From assembly GCA_016748015.1 (NCBI GenBank), contig JAAOMT010000514.1, positions 113,866 through 177,865 of the forward strand: a stretch of DNA of 64,000 nucleotides. Direction: 5' to 3'. The DNA is from Geosiphon pyriformis uo1 (Eukaryota; Fungi; Glomeromycota). Numbering within the stretch: the stretch's first letter is position 1; the number at the start of each line of letters is the position of its first letter. Made by a program: the position numbers and the translations under genes. Shown piece by piece: positions 63,886-64,000 of the stretch. A model generated the notes under the pieces. It saw nothing but the letters and a program-made list of their open reading frames with translations, did not search any database and was not told where the DNA came from.

Positions 63886-64000
63886 TTATTCTCTCCTTTT
63901 AATATTGAGCTCTGTCAAAATCTAACTCTTTTAATTCTCCCTTTTCAATTATTTCTTGAATTTCTTTTTCGAGTATTACTTGTATTATTTGAGTTTGTAA

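Noticed and set aside
1-64000. Alternative genetic code or organelle/endosymbiont DNA explaining the many stops
   Set aside because: All three stop types occur at positions that differ between copies and fit C>T/G>A changes; spliceosomal-type signals and LTR/LINE elements indicate nuclear DNA.

Overview
Very AT-rich eukaryotic DNA, almost entirely nested, decayed retrotransposons. The host is probably a Glomeromycotina (arbuscular-mycorrhizal-type) fungus; this is inferred from TE and gene style only. Contents: (i) Ty3/Gypsy LTR retrotransposons of several related families, labelled A-E here. There are two near-complete A copies (2952-12311 minus, 35634-45606 plus), a solo A LTR, a 5'-truncated B copy, an internally deleted B copy, and C, D and E fragments. 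(ii) One near full-length LINE with APE, RT, RNase H, a C-terminal zinc finger and a poly(A) tail, plus several LINE fragments. (iii) One apparently intact host gene (coiled-coil exon plus kinase C-terminus) spanning a 934-N gap. (iv) A P-loop NTPase pseudogene cut by an LTR. The TE reading frames are riddled with C>T/G>A-type stops. The most notable system is the Gypsy lineage: gag - protease - unrecognised Cys-rich domain - dUTPase - RT - RNase H - integrase (no chromodomain) - extra ORF3. In family A, ORF3 sits behind a splice-acceptor-like signal. The lineage's 4-bp target sites are almost always centred on CG or its deamination products CA/TG, which suggests CpG-directed integration. Coordinates were read by eye: LTR ends should be accurate to a few bases, internal domain limits are approximate.
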